A stretch of DNA of 64,000 nucleotides from Candidatus Hydrogenedentota bacterium. Lineage in GTDB: Bacteria > Hydrogenedentota > Hydrogenedentia > Hydrogenedentales > SLHB01. The stretch spans positions 239,544-303,543 of the forward strand of contig CAVUWV010000010.1 of the NCBI GenBank assembly GCA_963745075.1, read 5' to 3'. Positions 56,880-64,000 of the stretch are shown here, piece by piece. The notes beneath the pieces were generated by a model. The model had not been told where the DNA came from. It saw only the letters and a list, made by a program, of their open reading frames with translations, and searched no databases. Position 1 is the stretch's first letter, and every line of letters begins with the position of its first letter. Position numbers and translations under genes: made by a program.

Positions 56880-57344
56880 TTAATCGCTATTGTCAGTACT
56901 TTGATGCGAAAGTACAAGTTCGATATCACGTTGAAAGTAGAATCCAGCCGGGCAACTACGCTCAATGATGCCTTCCTGTATGGCTATGCCAAAATGGGCG
57001 TGAGCACGTTCGAAACCGGGTACGTGCAGCCGTTGTATTAACACGAGAATCTCGTCTTTCGGCAACATAGCGTCCGCGATTAAAGATAGAAGGAGCACCA
57101 GTCCGTCTGGACCCAGGCAGCGGTCAAGTGCAAGGTCCTGAAGGGATAAACCCTCTTCACGCAGTTGCATCTTGTTGTATTGACACGATTCAAAAGGGCT
57201 TGCCGGCTTGTGGTGAACTAGGCGCAGTCCCTTGCCTTTTCGGATGCTGCCTTCCTTCCACATAGTCCATTCCACCCATCCATCCTTGGCGCGCTGGATT
57301 AGGTCGCCGCAAGAGTCACATGTCCAACTTCCCCGCGCGTTCAT
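56880..57344 (-). CDS. hypothetical protein with N-terminal CxxC (Zn-ribbon-like) motif
   Basis: 154 aa with strong RBS GGAGGGAG. WTCDSCGDLI...GLRLVHH...CQY. I cannot name the family. Confidence 0.6.
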   Translation of the reverse strand: MNARGSWTCDSCGDLIQRAKDGWVEWTMWKEGSIRKGKGLRLVHHKPASPFESCQYNKMQLREEGLSLQDLALDRCLGPDGLVLLLSLIADAMLPKDEILVLIQRLHVPGFERAHAHFGIAIQEGIIERSCPAGFYFQRDIELVLSHQSTDNSD

Positions 57345-57614
57345 TGCTATCTCCCTCCAGTTATGCTTTGGACTGCGAGAATCTTCCGGAGAAGATCAGG
57401 GAAAACGAAATCCGGTCCTTTCCGCGGTTCTCGTTGCCCACGTTTGGCGAGGTGCGGAGGTCGGCCAGGTAGCTTCTCCGACGGGTCCACAAACCACGCG
57501 CGCGGCGCGGGGCCATCGGTTTGTTTGGTGTTGATTTGACAACGGATGCGGCCTGACAACATCGATCATCCTTCGTGCGAAACCACTCCGCCCCGTTCTC
57601 CAAAACACCGGGCG

Positions 57615-57635
57615 GGCGGAAACTCCTTTTATAGT
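57615..57635 (-). promoter_or_regulatory. conserved 21-nt motif ACTATAAAAGGWGTYTCCRCC (copy A)
   Basis: Preceded by the hairpin CCACGCCggcGGCGTGG. It lies ~270 nt upstream of the 57344 start. Confidence 0.35.
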
Positions 57636-57713
57636 ACCACGCCGCCGGCGTGGCTGGAACGTGCAAGCTGATTTCGGATTGCGGATTGGGCGGGCCAGAG
57701 AAATGTAGAGTCC

Positions 57714-58295
57714 TCATCGTCGGTCATCGCCTTTGTGGAACCCGATTTGCCGTTTCTTCGGCACTGCTTGGGGTGCCATGAGTTGACGTATCGCGGCGAT
57801 GAGCGCGTGAATTTCCTGGTCGTGGCTGGCGAGTTTGCGCTCGATCCGTGCAAGTTTCTCGTTGATCTGCTTGTTCGCCGTAACCACTTCCCGGAGTTGC
57901 ACGAACGCGCGCACGACAAACACGCTGACCTCTACCGCGCGCGGGGAATTGAGGACGCTTGCCGCCATGATCGCGCCATGTTCCGTGTAGGCATACGGAA
58001 GGTTCGGCGAATACTTAATCCGCGCAAGGTGGTCACAATTCGTGACCACCTCCTGCTTCTCCTCGGCCGTAAGTTGAAACGTGAAGTCCTCTGGAAACCG
58101 GTCTTGGTTCCGTTTCGCGGCCTGATTCAGGGCTTTGGTTGTAACGTCATACAATTGTGCGAGGTCGGCGTCGATGAGGACTTTTTTGCCCCGGATTAAG
58201 AGGATACGACTCGCAACTTTGTCAGTTTGTACCAACAATTCGTCCGCTGTCACACCATAACCTCCCTCCTGATAATTACTTACCAAGGTGGTCAC
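57714..58295 (-). CDS. ORF6N-domain (KilA-N-related) DNA-binding protein
   Basis: IRGKKVLIDADLAQLYDVTTKALNQAAKRNQDRFPEDFTFQLT...VTNCDHL...LPYAYTEHGAIMAASVLNSPRA. The GTG start lies inside a 13-bp-arm palindrome. Confidence 0.8.
   Translation of the reverse strand: MTTLVSNYQEGGYGVTADELLVQTDKVASRILLIRGKKVLIDADLAQLYDVTTKALNQAAKRNQDRFPEDFTFQLTAEEKQEVVTNCDHLARIKYSPNLPYAYTEHGAIMAASVLNSPRAVEVSVFVVRAFVQLREVVTANKQINEKLARIERKLASHDQEIHALIAAIRQLMAPQAVPKKRQIGFHKGDDRR
58027..58051. repeat. palindrome AGGTGGTCAC-aattc-GTGACCACCT inside the ORF6N gene
   Basis: 10-bp perfect arms. It encodes EVVTNCDHL on the minus strand. A near copy lies at 58283-58313. Confidence 0.8.
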
Positions 58296-58446
58296 TATTT
58301 GTGACCACCTTGGGGAAGACTAAGGGAGCAAACGAAATAGACCGCGCTCCTGCCATGTCCGCAACGACCCATAAGACATCTTGACCGTTGGCTTGCAGAG
58401 CCTCAACCGCGCAGAGTGGATAATTCTCGTTCGCCAGGAGTTTCAT
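58276..58446 (-). pseudogene. truncated DUF5615-like (PIN-like toxin) gene, 56 codons
   Basis: MKLLANENYPLCAVEALQANGQDVLWVVADMAGA... matches the usual DUF5615 N-terminus (MKxLxDENxP...GHDV). Its ATG overlaps the DUF433 stop (ATGA). The ORF ends early, 20 nt inside the ORF6N gene. Confidence 0.55.
58283..58313. repeat. palindrome CCAAGGTGGTCAC-tattt-GTGACCACCTTGG at the ORF6N start
   Basis: 13-bp perfect arms. It spans the ORF6N GTG start (58295) and the 3' end of the DUF5615 fragment. Confidence 0.85.
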
Positions 58447-58673
58447 GGGTGAACGAGATATACCTTCTCCGACTTGAGCTCGTCACTTGCGTAACGCAAA
58501 CACGCGAGCACGTCTTCGTGGGTGACGCCAGGATAGTCTTCGAGGATTTGCTGCTCAGACCAACCCTCGGCGAGCAGGCCGACCACGAATTGGACGGATA
58601 AACGCGTTCCCCGGATAACCGGTTTGCCGACGAGTACCTTCGGATCGATGACGATTCTATCTTCCAAATTCAT
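58443..58673 (-). CDS. DUF433-domain protein (antitoxin-like)
   Basis: DPKVLVGKPVIRGTRLSVQFVVGLLAEGWSEQQILEDYPGVTHEDVLACLRYA. 4-nt ATGA overlaps with both neighbouring ORFs. Confidence 0.85.
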   Translation of the reverse strand: MNLEDRIVIDPKVLVGKPVIRGTRLSVQFVVGLLAEGWSEQQILEDYPGVTHEDVLACLRYASDELKSEKVYLVHP

Positions 58674-58870
58674 TGCAGATTCTCCGCCCAGTCGCGGGGA
58701 CCATCCAGGTTGAGTGAACGGGCGGTGTGCAGGAACGACTCCGTCGTTTGCGGAGCCGGTTCGACGGTTTCGATAGTAATTCGCACGCGGGTGTTGGGCT
58801 TCAAGACCAACGGCGATTCAGGGCGGAGGGCTTCCCCGTCATAAATAGCATCGACCGTCGTACCCATCAT
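58670..58870 (-). CDS. DUF104-like (AF2212/VapB-like) small antitoxin-type protein
   Basis: AIYDGEALRPESPLVLKPNTRVRITIE fits the DUF104 pattern (AIYENGVLKPLEPLDLPEGxxVxVTI). RBS GGAG. Confidence 0.65.
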   Translation of the reverse strand: MMGTTVDAIYDGEALRPESPLVLKPNTRVRITIETVEPAPQTTESFLHTARSLNLDGPRDWAENLQ

Positions 58871-59002
58871 AGGTCTCCAAATTGGTTCGTGTATTTAGTA
58901 TAGCAGATCCCGAGTTTCCAGTCAGCGGGCCAGTTACCCACTATTCTGGTCATAGGTTTCGATGTCGCGAGATCTCGCCGGCGCGTCTGTCCCCAAAAGC
59001 TT

Positions 59003-59530
59003 TCACTTTCGGAGCACGGGCCCGTACCACTCGATTTCAAGTTCCGGGACCGCACCCGCGACAACGTCCGTGTACGCTACCGGTTCCACTTTCCGGATGC
59101 GCACCAGGTAGAACTCCCCGCTGTGCGCCTTTGCCCAGAACGCGAGGCCTTCCTTGCTTTCGTTGAGCGGGGTGATGCCGCGGACCGGCTTGGCGTTCTT
59201 TGGCGGGGGGGTGAGGTCCATCAGCTCGCTCCACGACTTCTGTCCGATGGGATACAGCAGGCCGACGGCTTTCGCGGTCTCACTGATAAGGGCGCCGTGA
59301 GCGCAATCGCCCTTGTCGAAGTAATAGACCAGGTTGACCGGGTCCGGATCGGAGATGGGCGGGGACAACATCCCTTTCTGGAACGAGTAAAACCCAATGA
59401 AACTGCGGGTCTTCCACGGGTACTCGCAGCGCAGCGTCGCTCGCTGCACATCCTGCACTTCTTGTACGGTAGCGCACCCGGCCAGAAGGAGCGCCAAAAC
59501 GGGGGCAAGAAGTAAATAACCACATTTCAT
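59003..59530 (-). CDS. lipoprotein, unknown function
   Basis: MKCGYLLLAPVLALLLAGC lipobox. RBS GGAGGG. 175 aa. Confidence 0.65.
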   Translation of the reverse strand: MKCGYLLLAPVLALLLAGCATVQEVQDVQRATLRCEYPWKTRSFIGFYSFQKGMLSPPISDPDPVNLVYYFDKGDCAHGALISETAKAVGLLYPIGQKSWSELMDLTPPPKNAKPVRGITPLNESKEGLAFWAKAHSGEFYLVRIRKVEPVAYTDVVAGAVPELEIEWYGPVLRK

Positions 59531-59784
59531 CGGTTCACCCTCCGATGTCGTCTCGCCGGTGCGTGGCGTTCCCAGGGAATCGCGAACGAAAAATCACCTT
59601 ATGAGAATTGAAAGTCTCATTTCCATCGCGTCACGTAAGGAATGCGTTTTTGCGCCACTGACACGGAGAATTCCGGGCTAGAGGATACCTTGCAGAATTC
59701 CAGCGGGCGTTGCGATTCTGCAGAGCCGTACGCAACTCACCGTCGTATTTCGTTCGGGAGTCTTGGCCGGGTCTGGAAGGTCTT

Positions 59785-60723
59785 TCACTTCGTGCTAAAA
59801 GCACTCAGTTCCACGGGGACCGTCGTCGACTGCGAAGCGATACGTACGATATCCCTGGAGCGGTCGAGTGAGCCACCCGAGAACGATCGCACCAACGTTC
59901 CAGAAGGGGTGATCTCAATGCCGTCGCCGGAATAGTCGGCGATAAGGAGGTTGCCGGTGGATGGGTCGAATGACAACCCTGCGGCCCCCAACATTCCTGG
60001 TGTATTGACCCTATCGACATATATGGGTAGGGTTCCGGATATGTCGAACTTCGCGATCGCGTAGCTACCTCCGAAATAATCGCCCACGTACAAGACTTTG
60101 TTGGCCTCGTCAATAGCCATGTCGGACGCCTTGCTAATCACCGAATTGATGTCGGTACTGCCGACCAGTGTCCCATTCGATCGGAATTTGAAAATCACGT
60201 TGTCCACCCCGGCACCTGTGCTGTTTACGATGTATACGTTTCCCGATGCGTCCGCATCGATGCCGCTCGGAAACACCAACGTCGAATCCGAGAACGACTC
60301 CGACAATAGTGCTCCTGACGTATATCGAAGGCTGGTGCGAGGATTTGAGGAATACCCGGTGGGACATATATAAACGTTTCCTGCGGCGTCCACTTCAATC
60401 TGATTGATAGCGATCGGTCCCACCGATCCCATCGATGCGGCGGCAACCGTTACAAACGTGCCGATGTTGACGTTTGATGTGTTGTATATTAATACGTCCA
60501 GGGTGCTGTGAGTGCCAACCAACACATGTACACCGTCGGTCGTGGCGGATGTGACCTTGCTCGACGATGGCGACGTTTCGTTCATATACGAGCCGGTCGT
60601 GGTGAACGAGTAGGTTTTGTAATTGGAGCTGGCATCTTGTCCGGTGACGAATACTTCGTTTGCCGCAAACGCACCTGGATTCAGTACGACCATACAGAGC
60701 ATTGCCCGCGAGAGCGTCGTCAT
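59785..60723 (-). CDS. secreted NHL/beta-propeller-like protein, unknown function
   Basis: RBS GGGGAGGG, signal MTTLSRAMLCMVVLNPGAFA. Repeated D..GNVYI / GNLLIAD blades. It ends ...TVPVELSAFSTK, which looks like the start of a missing C-terminal sorting-type domain. Confidence 0.6.
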   Translation of the reverse strand: MTTLSRAMLCMVVLNPGAFAANEVFVTGQDASSNYKTYSFTTTGSYMNETSPSSSKVTSATTDGVHVLVGTHSTLDVLIYNTSNVNIGTFVTVAAASMGSVGPIAINQIEVDAAGNVYICPTGYSSNPRTSLRYTSGALLSESFSDSTLVFPSGIDADASGNVYIVNSTGAGVDNVIFKFRSNGTLVGSTDINSVISKASDMAIDEANKVLYVGDYFGGSYAIAKFDISGTLPIYVDRVNTPGMLGAAGLSFDPSTGNLLIADYSGDGIEITPSGTLVRSFSGGSLDRSRDIVRIASQSTTVPVELSAFSTK

Positions 60724-61007
60724 GATTTTCCCTCCCCAAAATATTCGTGGCCAAAAGACGAACGCAGACATTCCCTACTTAGGCCCCCGCCGTAGGAATT
60801 ACTGTAGTGTAAGCGCAGGTATTTGGCTGTGTCAAGCTCATATTTTTTGGCAAATGCGTGCCTTCGTTGACGCGCCCCCCCCGTTTCCATTTGGCACTTC
60901 CCCCCTGAAACTCGTATACTGCGGTTTCCCTATGCTTGAGGGACCGTGAAAATCGATTCCGCGAAGGAATCTTCGACAACCACCAAATCTCCGGGAGGAC
61001 TATTGGT

Positions 61008-62402
61008 ATGAGTGACAGTAGCTTTACGCGTCGGGCATTTCTTGCCGCTACGACGACCACGGCAGCCCTGACGTTTACGGGCGCCGCGGCAAAACCGAAC
61101 ACGGCCGAAGTCGTGCCGGGCAAGAAATCTCCGAACGAGAAACTGAACGTGGCCGCCATCGGCGCGGGCGGCAAAGGGCTTGGCGACATCATGAACTTTG
61201 CCACCGAGAACGTCGTCGCCCTGTGCGACGTCGACTGGAAACGGGCCGAAGAGGCGACCTACCGTCTGCCTAATGCGAAACGGTTCAATGACTATCGCAA
61301 TATGTTGGACCAGATGCCGGAAATCGACGCGCTCAACGTGTCCACCCCCGACCACACCCATGCGCCGGCCGCGTACATGGCCATGAAGCTGGGCAAGCAC
61401 GTCTACGTGCAGAAGCCGTTGACGCATACCGTCGCGGAAGCCCGCCTCCTGACCAACACGGCCCGCGAAATGAAGGTCATGACGCAGATGGGCAACCAGG
61501 GCCACTCCGGCGACGGCGCCCGACACGTCTGCGAAATGGTCTGGTCCGGCGCCATCGGTCCCGTGCGCGAGGCGCATGTCTGGACGCACCGCCCCGTGTG
61601 GGACAACCAGGGCCGTCCCGATCCGCTTCCGCCCGAGGTCACGCCGGAAGGCATGGACTGGGATCGCTGGATCGGCACCGCGCCGTGGCGTCCTTACGAC
61701 CACAAGTATGCGCCCCACGACTGGCGCGCCTGGCAGGATTTCGGTAGCGGCTGCCTGGGCGACATGGCCTGCCACATCATGGACCCCGTCTTTTGGGCAT
61801 TGAAACTGGTCGAGTCGTCCGACTATACGGTCGAAATGGTCATGCAGGAAGGCAGCAACGAGGAAACGTTCCCGCTGGTTACCACGATCAAGTACGCGTT
61901 CCCTGCGCGTGGAGACATGCCGCCGGTGGACGTCTACTGGTACGATGGCCATTGGGACAGCGCGGACGGCACGAAGAAATACAACCGGCCCAAGCGTCCC
62001 GCCGGCATCCCCGAGGACTGCGTCCTCGGCGATGACAATCTGAACGGTTCCTTCCTGATCGGCGACACCGGCATCCTGACCTGCGGCGAATACGGCGGTA
62101 ACCCGCGCCTGGTGCCCGATGAGAAGATGACGGACTACAAGTATCCGGATCCGGTCATTCCGCGCATTCCGGACGAGGACCACTACCAGAACTGGATTCA
62201 CGCCTGCAAGACCGGTGAACCGGCCTGTTCCAACTTCGATTACTCGGGTCCCTTCGCCGAGATGGTTCAGTTCGGCAACCTCGTCGTGAAGTCCGGCCAG
62301 AAACTTCACTGGGACAACAAGAAGGGCGTTGTAACCAACGTCTCGAACCCCGCGGAAGTGGTCAGCAAAGAGTACCGCAAAGGCTGGGAGTTGCCCTGCT
62401 AA
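61008..62402 (+). CDS. Gfo/Idh/MocA-family oxidoreductase with TAT signal
   Basis: TRRAFLAATTTTAALTFTGAAA twin-arginine signal. VAAIGAGGKG Rossmann. VYVQKPLTHT. RBS GGGAGGA. Confidence 0.9.
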   Translation: MSDSSFTRRAFLAATTTTAALTFTGAAAKPNTAEVVPGKKSPNEKLNVAAIGAGGKGLGDIMNFATENVVALCDVDWKRAEEATYRLPNAKRFNDYRNMLDQMPEIDALNVSTPDHTHAPAAYMAMKLGKHVYVQKPLTHTVAEARLLTNTAREMKVMTQMGNQGHSGDGARHVCEMVWSGAIGPVREAHVWTHRPVWDNQGRPDPLPPEVTPEGMDWDRWIGTAPWRPYDHKYAPHDWRAWQDFGSGCLGDMACHIMDPVFWALKLVESSDYTVEMVMQEGSNEETFPLVTTIKYAFPARGDMPPVDVYWYDGHWDSADGTKKYNRPKRPAGIPEDCVLGDDNLNGSFLIGDTGILTCGEYGGNPRLVPDEKMTDYKYPDPVIPRIPDEDHYQNWIHACKTGEPACSNFDYSGPFAEMVQFGNLVVKSGQKLHWDNKKGVVTNVSNPAEVVSKEYRKGWELPC

Positions 62403-62421
62403 CGCGGCACATAGACGAATA

Positions 62422-62459
62422 ACGGCCCCCGGTCGATTGACCGATCGACCGGGGGCCGT
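62422..62459. terminator. bidirectional stem-loop terminator between convergent genes
   Basis: ACGGCCCCCGGTCGAT-tgaccg-ATCGACCGGGGGCCGT, a perfect 16-bp stem followed by CTTCATTC. Confidence 0.75.
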
Positions 62460-62504
62460 CTTCATTCTATGTTCGTGTTCGTCCGTGCAGGTCCGTGTCA
62501 GCCG

Positions 62505-62966
62505 TTACCCTTCGCCCCGGACCTCTTTCAACACCTTCATCTTCGCGTCGATCAGGATTGGATGCTTCAGATTCATGAGCCGGGCGAGCTTGTGCACGAG
62601 AAAATCCTCGTGGCCGTCCAACACGTTATCCGCATAAATGAGGCGCCAGACCTCCTCGATGATTTGGATCTTCTCCTCATTCGAGCAGGCTTGGTTAATC
62701 TGGTTTGTGAATTTCCAGAGGTCGAAACTCTCTTCCCGTCGCTCCTGGGCAACGTGAATCAGTTCTTCCGCTTCTTCCTGCGTAAGCTTAAACCGTTCGC
62801 GCAGGGCGGTGATGATGTATTCACACTCCACGGGCGAGAACTCGTCATCCGCACCGGCGACTTCCAGCAGAATTGCGCAGGTCGCGAGCCGCAGTTTCTC
62901 ATCCGGATCGGTATCCTCGGGTGCAGCTTCGTCCACCGAGAATAATTTGAATAATCGTTCTAACAT
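62505..62966 (-). CDS. TerB-family (tellurite-resistance-like) protein
   Basis: CAILLEVAGADDEFSPVECEYII...IIEEVWRLIYADNVLDGHEDFLVHKLARLMNL. The start is placed at MLERLFKLF. Confidence 0.75.
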   Translation of the reverse strand: MLERLFKLFSVDEAAPEDTDPDEKLRLATCAILLEVAGADDEFSPVECEYIITALRERFKLTQEEAEELIHVAQERREESFDLWKFTNQINQACSNEEKIQIIEEVWRLIYADNVLDGHEDFLVHKLARLMNLKHPILIDAKMKVLKEVRGEG

Positions 62967-63043
62967 ATCACGTCCTTTCGATTCCGATGGTATCATGATG
63001 AGCGAAATTGATTCCAAATCGGCTACCGGAGGATTTGCGCCCC

Positions 63044-63613
63044 ATGCGTGCCTTCATTGCAATCGAATTGCCCGATTCCGTTCGCGTTCCACTAGGGGAA
63101 CTGGTTTCGCGTTTGAAGAAGACCGGCGTACGAGCATCCTGGGTCTGCTCCGACCGCATGCACCTGACCCTGCGATTCCTGGGTGACGTCACAGAAGGAC
63201 ACGTTGCCGCACTATCCGAGTCGATGAGCGAAGCATGTCACGACGCGAGCGCGTTTTCCTTAGCCTGCGAGGTACTCGGCGCGTTTCCCAACCTCCGGAA
63301 ACCCGGTGTAGTCTGGGCGGGCATCGCGCCCCTCGAACCCGATCTTGCGCGTATACAGTCCGCCGCAGACCACAGCGCCGTGGCGTGCGGCCTCTCACCG
63401 GAGACCAAGCGGTTTCACCCCCACATCACGCTTGCGCGAATCAAAGACCCGAGAAATGCATCGGCCTTGGCTCGCGCGGTAGAATTGGAAGGAGACTTTG
63501 CTGCGGGTGCATTCGCGGTTCCCCATGTGTCATTATTCTCCAGTGAGTTAACGCCGCGCGGGCCCGTCTACACTCGCATCCGCGAATTCCCATTGAAACG
63601 AGTGGAACCGTGA
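63044..63613 (+). CDS. thpR: RNA 2',3'-cyclic phosphodiesterase (2H family, LigT/ThpR)
   Basis: Two H-x-T-x motifs, HLTLRF and HITLAR. MRAFIAIELP start with RBS GGAGGA. Confidence 0.85.
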   Translation: MRAFIAIELPDSVRVPLGELVSRLKKTGVRASWVCSDRMHLTLRFLGDVTEGHVAALSESMSEACHDASAFSLACEVLGAFPNLRKPGVVWAGIAPLEPDLARIQSAADHSAVACGLSPETKRFHPHITLARIKDPRNASALARAVELEGDFAAGAFAVPHVSLFSSELTPRGPVYTRIREFPLKRVEP

Positions 63614-63888
63614 TCGAAAAAAATGTCATCGAGAGTGTATGTACGTTTTACATGCTCCTGATTCTGGTGCGATGGTTCGCCCCGTTCCTGGAATTGAACA
63701 TGCACGACGTCCGGTACCGGTGGATTGGCCGCGTGGTCGATCCCCTCGTCGGCGGCGTCAGGCGGATTCTCCCGAATTTGGGTCCCATGGATTTTGGGCC
63801 CCTCGCGACCCTTTTCATCGTATGGATTGTGCGCGAGGTCGCACTCGGGATGTTGCAAGGAGGGGGCCTTCGCGCCGTTGGGGGATGA
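63610..63888 (+). CDS. yggT: YggT-family membrane protein
   Basis: GTG overlaps the thpR stop. ...VRWFAPFL...VVDPLVGGVRRILPNLGPMDFGPLATLFIVWIV fits the YggT pattern. The start codon is uncertain. Confidence 0.65.
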   Translation: MIEKNVIESVCTFYMLLILVRWFAPFLELNMHDVRYRWIGRVVDPLVGGVRRILPNLGPMDFGPLATLFIVWIVREVALGMLQGGGLRAVGG

Positions 63889-63891
63889 GCC

Positions 63892-64000
63892 ATGTTGTTC
63901 CGCCGGCCGAAACAACCGTCCGGACCGCCGCCGGGGAGTGAAGAGGATTTCGCTCTCCAACGGGATCGGATGGTCGATAATCAGTTGGCAGCACGCAACA
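63892..64000 (+). CDS. pcm: protein-L-isoaspartate O-methyltransferase-like, 5' partial (runs off window)
   Basis: Only 36 codons are visible. ...RDRMVDNQLAARN resembles the Pcm N-terminus (MVxxQLxxRGI). Low information. Confidence 0.4.
   Translation, partial: MLFRRPKQPSGPPPGSEEDFALQRDRMVDNQLAARN

Noticed and set aside
59531-59800. Possible continuation of the 59785-60723 protein into a C-terminal sorting domain in another frame (it ends ...TVPVELSAFSTK).
   Set aside because: None of the three downstream frames gave a recognisable sorting-domain continuation. The observation is left as a note on the feature only.
1-64000. Scan for tRNA, rRNA, tmRNA, RNase P and CRISPR arrays.
   Set aside because: I saw no T-loop/acceptor-type signatures (GGTTCGAATCC-like) in non-coding DNA, no rRNA-like conserved blocks and no regularly spaced short repeats. 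By-eye scanning could miss a divergent small RNA.

Overview
This is a 64-kb high-GC bacterial chromosomal segment with two visibly lower-GC patches, at about 26.1-28.3 kb and 52.25-60.8 kb. The gene content suggests an uncultured PVC-like or neighbouring candidate phylum, by inference only: TAT-signal Gfo/Idh/MocA oxidoreductases, a ThuA-HEAT-discoidin fusion, a PEP-CTERM protein, many secreted beta-propeller glycosidase-like and NHL proteins, and dense short palindromic intergenic repeats. I call about 48 protein-coding loci. They include housekeeping genes (dnaK-dnaJ, an OBG/DRG-type GTPase, M50 and M23 peptidases, ThpR, YggT, the start of Pcm) and envelope-sugar genes (wecE-like aminotransferase, GHMP heptose-type kinase, GT39-like transferase). 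There are also regulators (PadR plus a membrane partner, HDOD plus a GAF-PAS-PAS hybrid histidine kinase), carbohydrate and oxidoreductase genes, and an accessory low-GC island. I saw no rRNA, tRNA or CRISPR array. Four things stand out. (1) At least seven unrelated families of short palindromic or MITE-like repeats are present. One family, with 36-bp terminal inverted repeats, brackets the M50 gene, sits between dnaK and dnaJ, and appears to have split a glycosidase/malectin gene. (2) A 1.7-kb IS1182-like element carries one in-frame TGA in its transposase. A 393-bp internally deleted derivative of it has a clean 5-bp target duplication inside another MITE, and the two copies bracket a 2.2-kb low-GC cargo. 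(3) Nine unambiguous reading-frame breaks occur in five genes, all needing the same one-extra-base correction and mostly clustered at 23-31 kb. There are also two candidate compensated frame excursions. (4) An ~8.5-kb low-GC island holds an HEPN/AbiU2-like gene, a 1099-aa NHL-repeat protein, a Zn-ribbon ORF, and an ORF6N gene marked by a duplicated palindrome. It also holds a DUF104-DUF433-truncated-DUF5615 toxin-antitoxin-like operon. I did not find a complete, recognisable defence system. The island and the IS-bracketed cargo are the best places to look for something new. Repeat and frameshift coordinates were read by eye and are good to a few bp.
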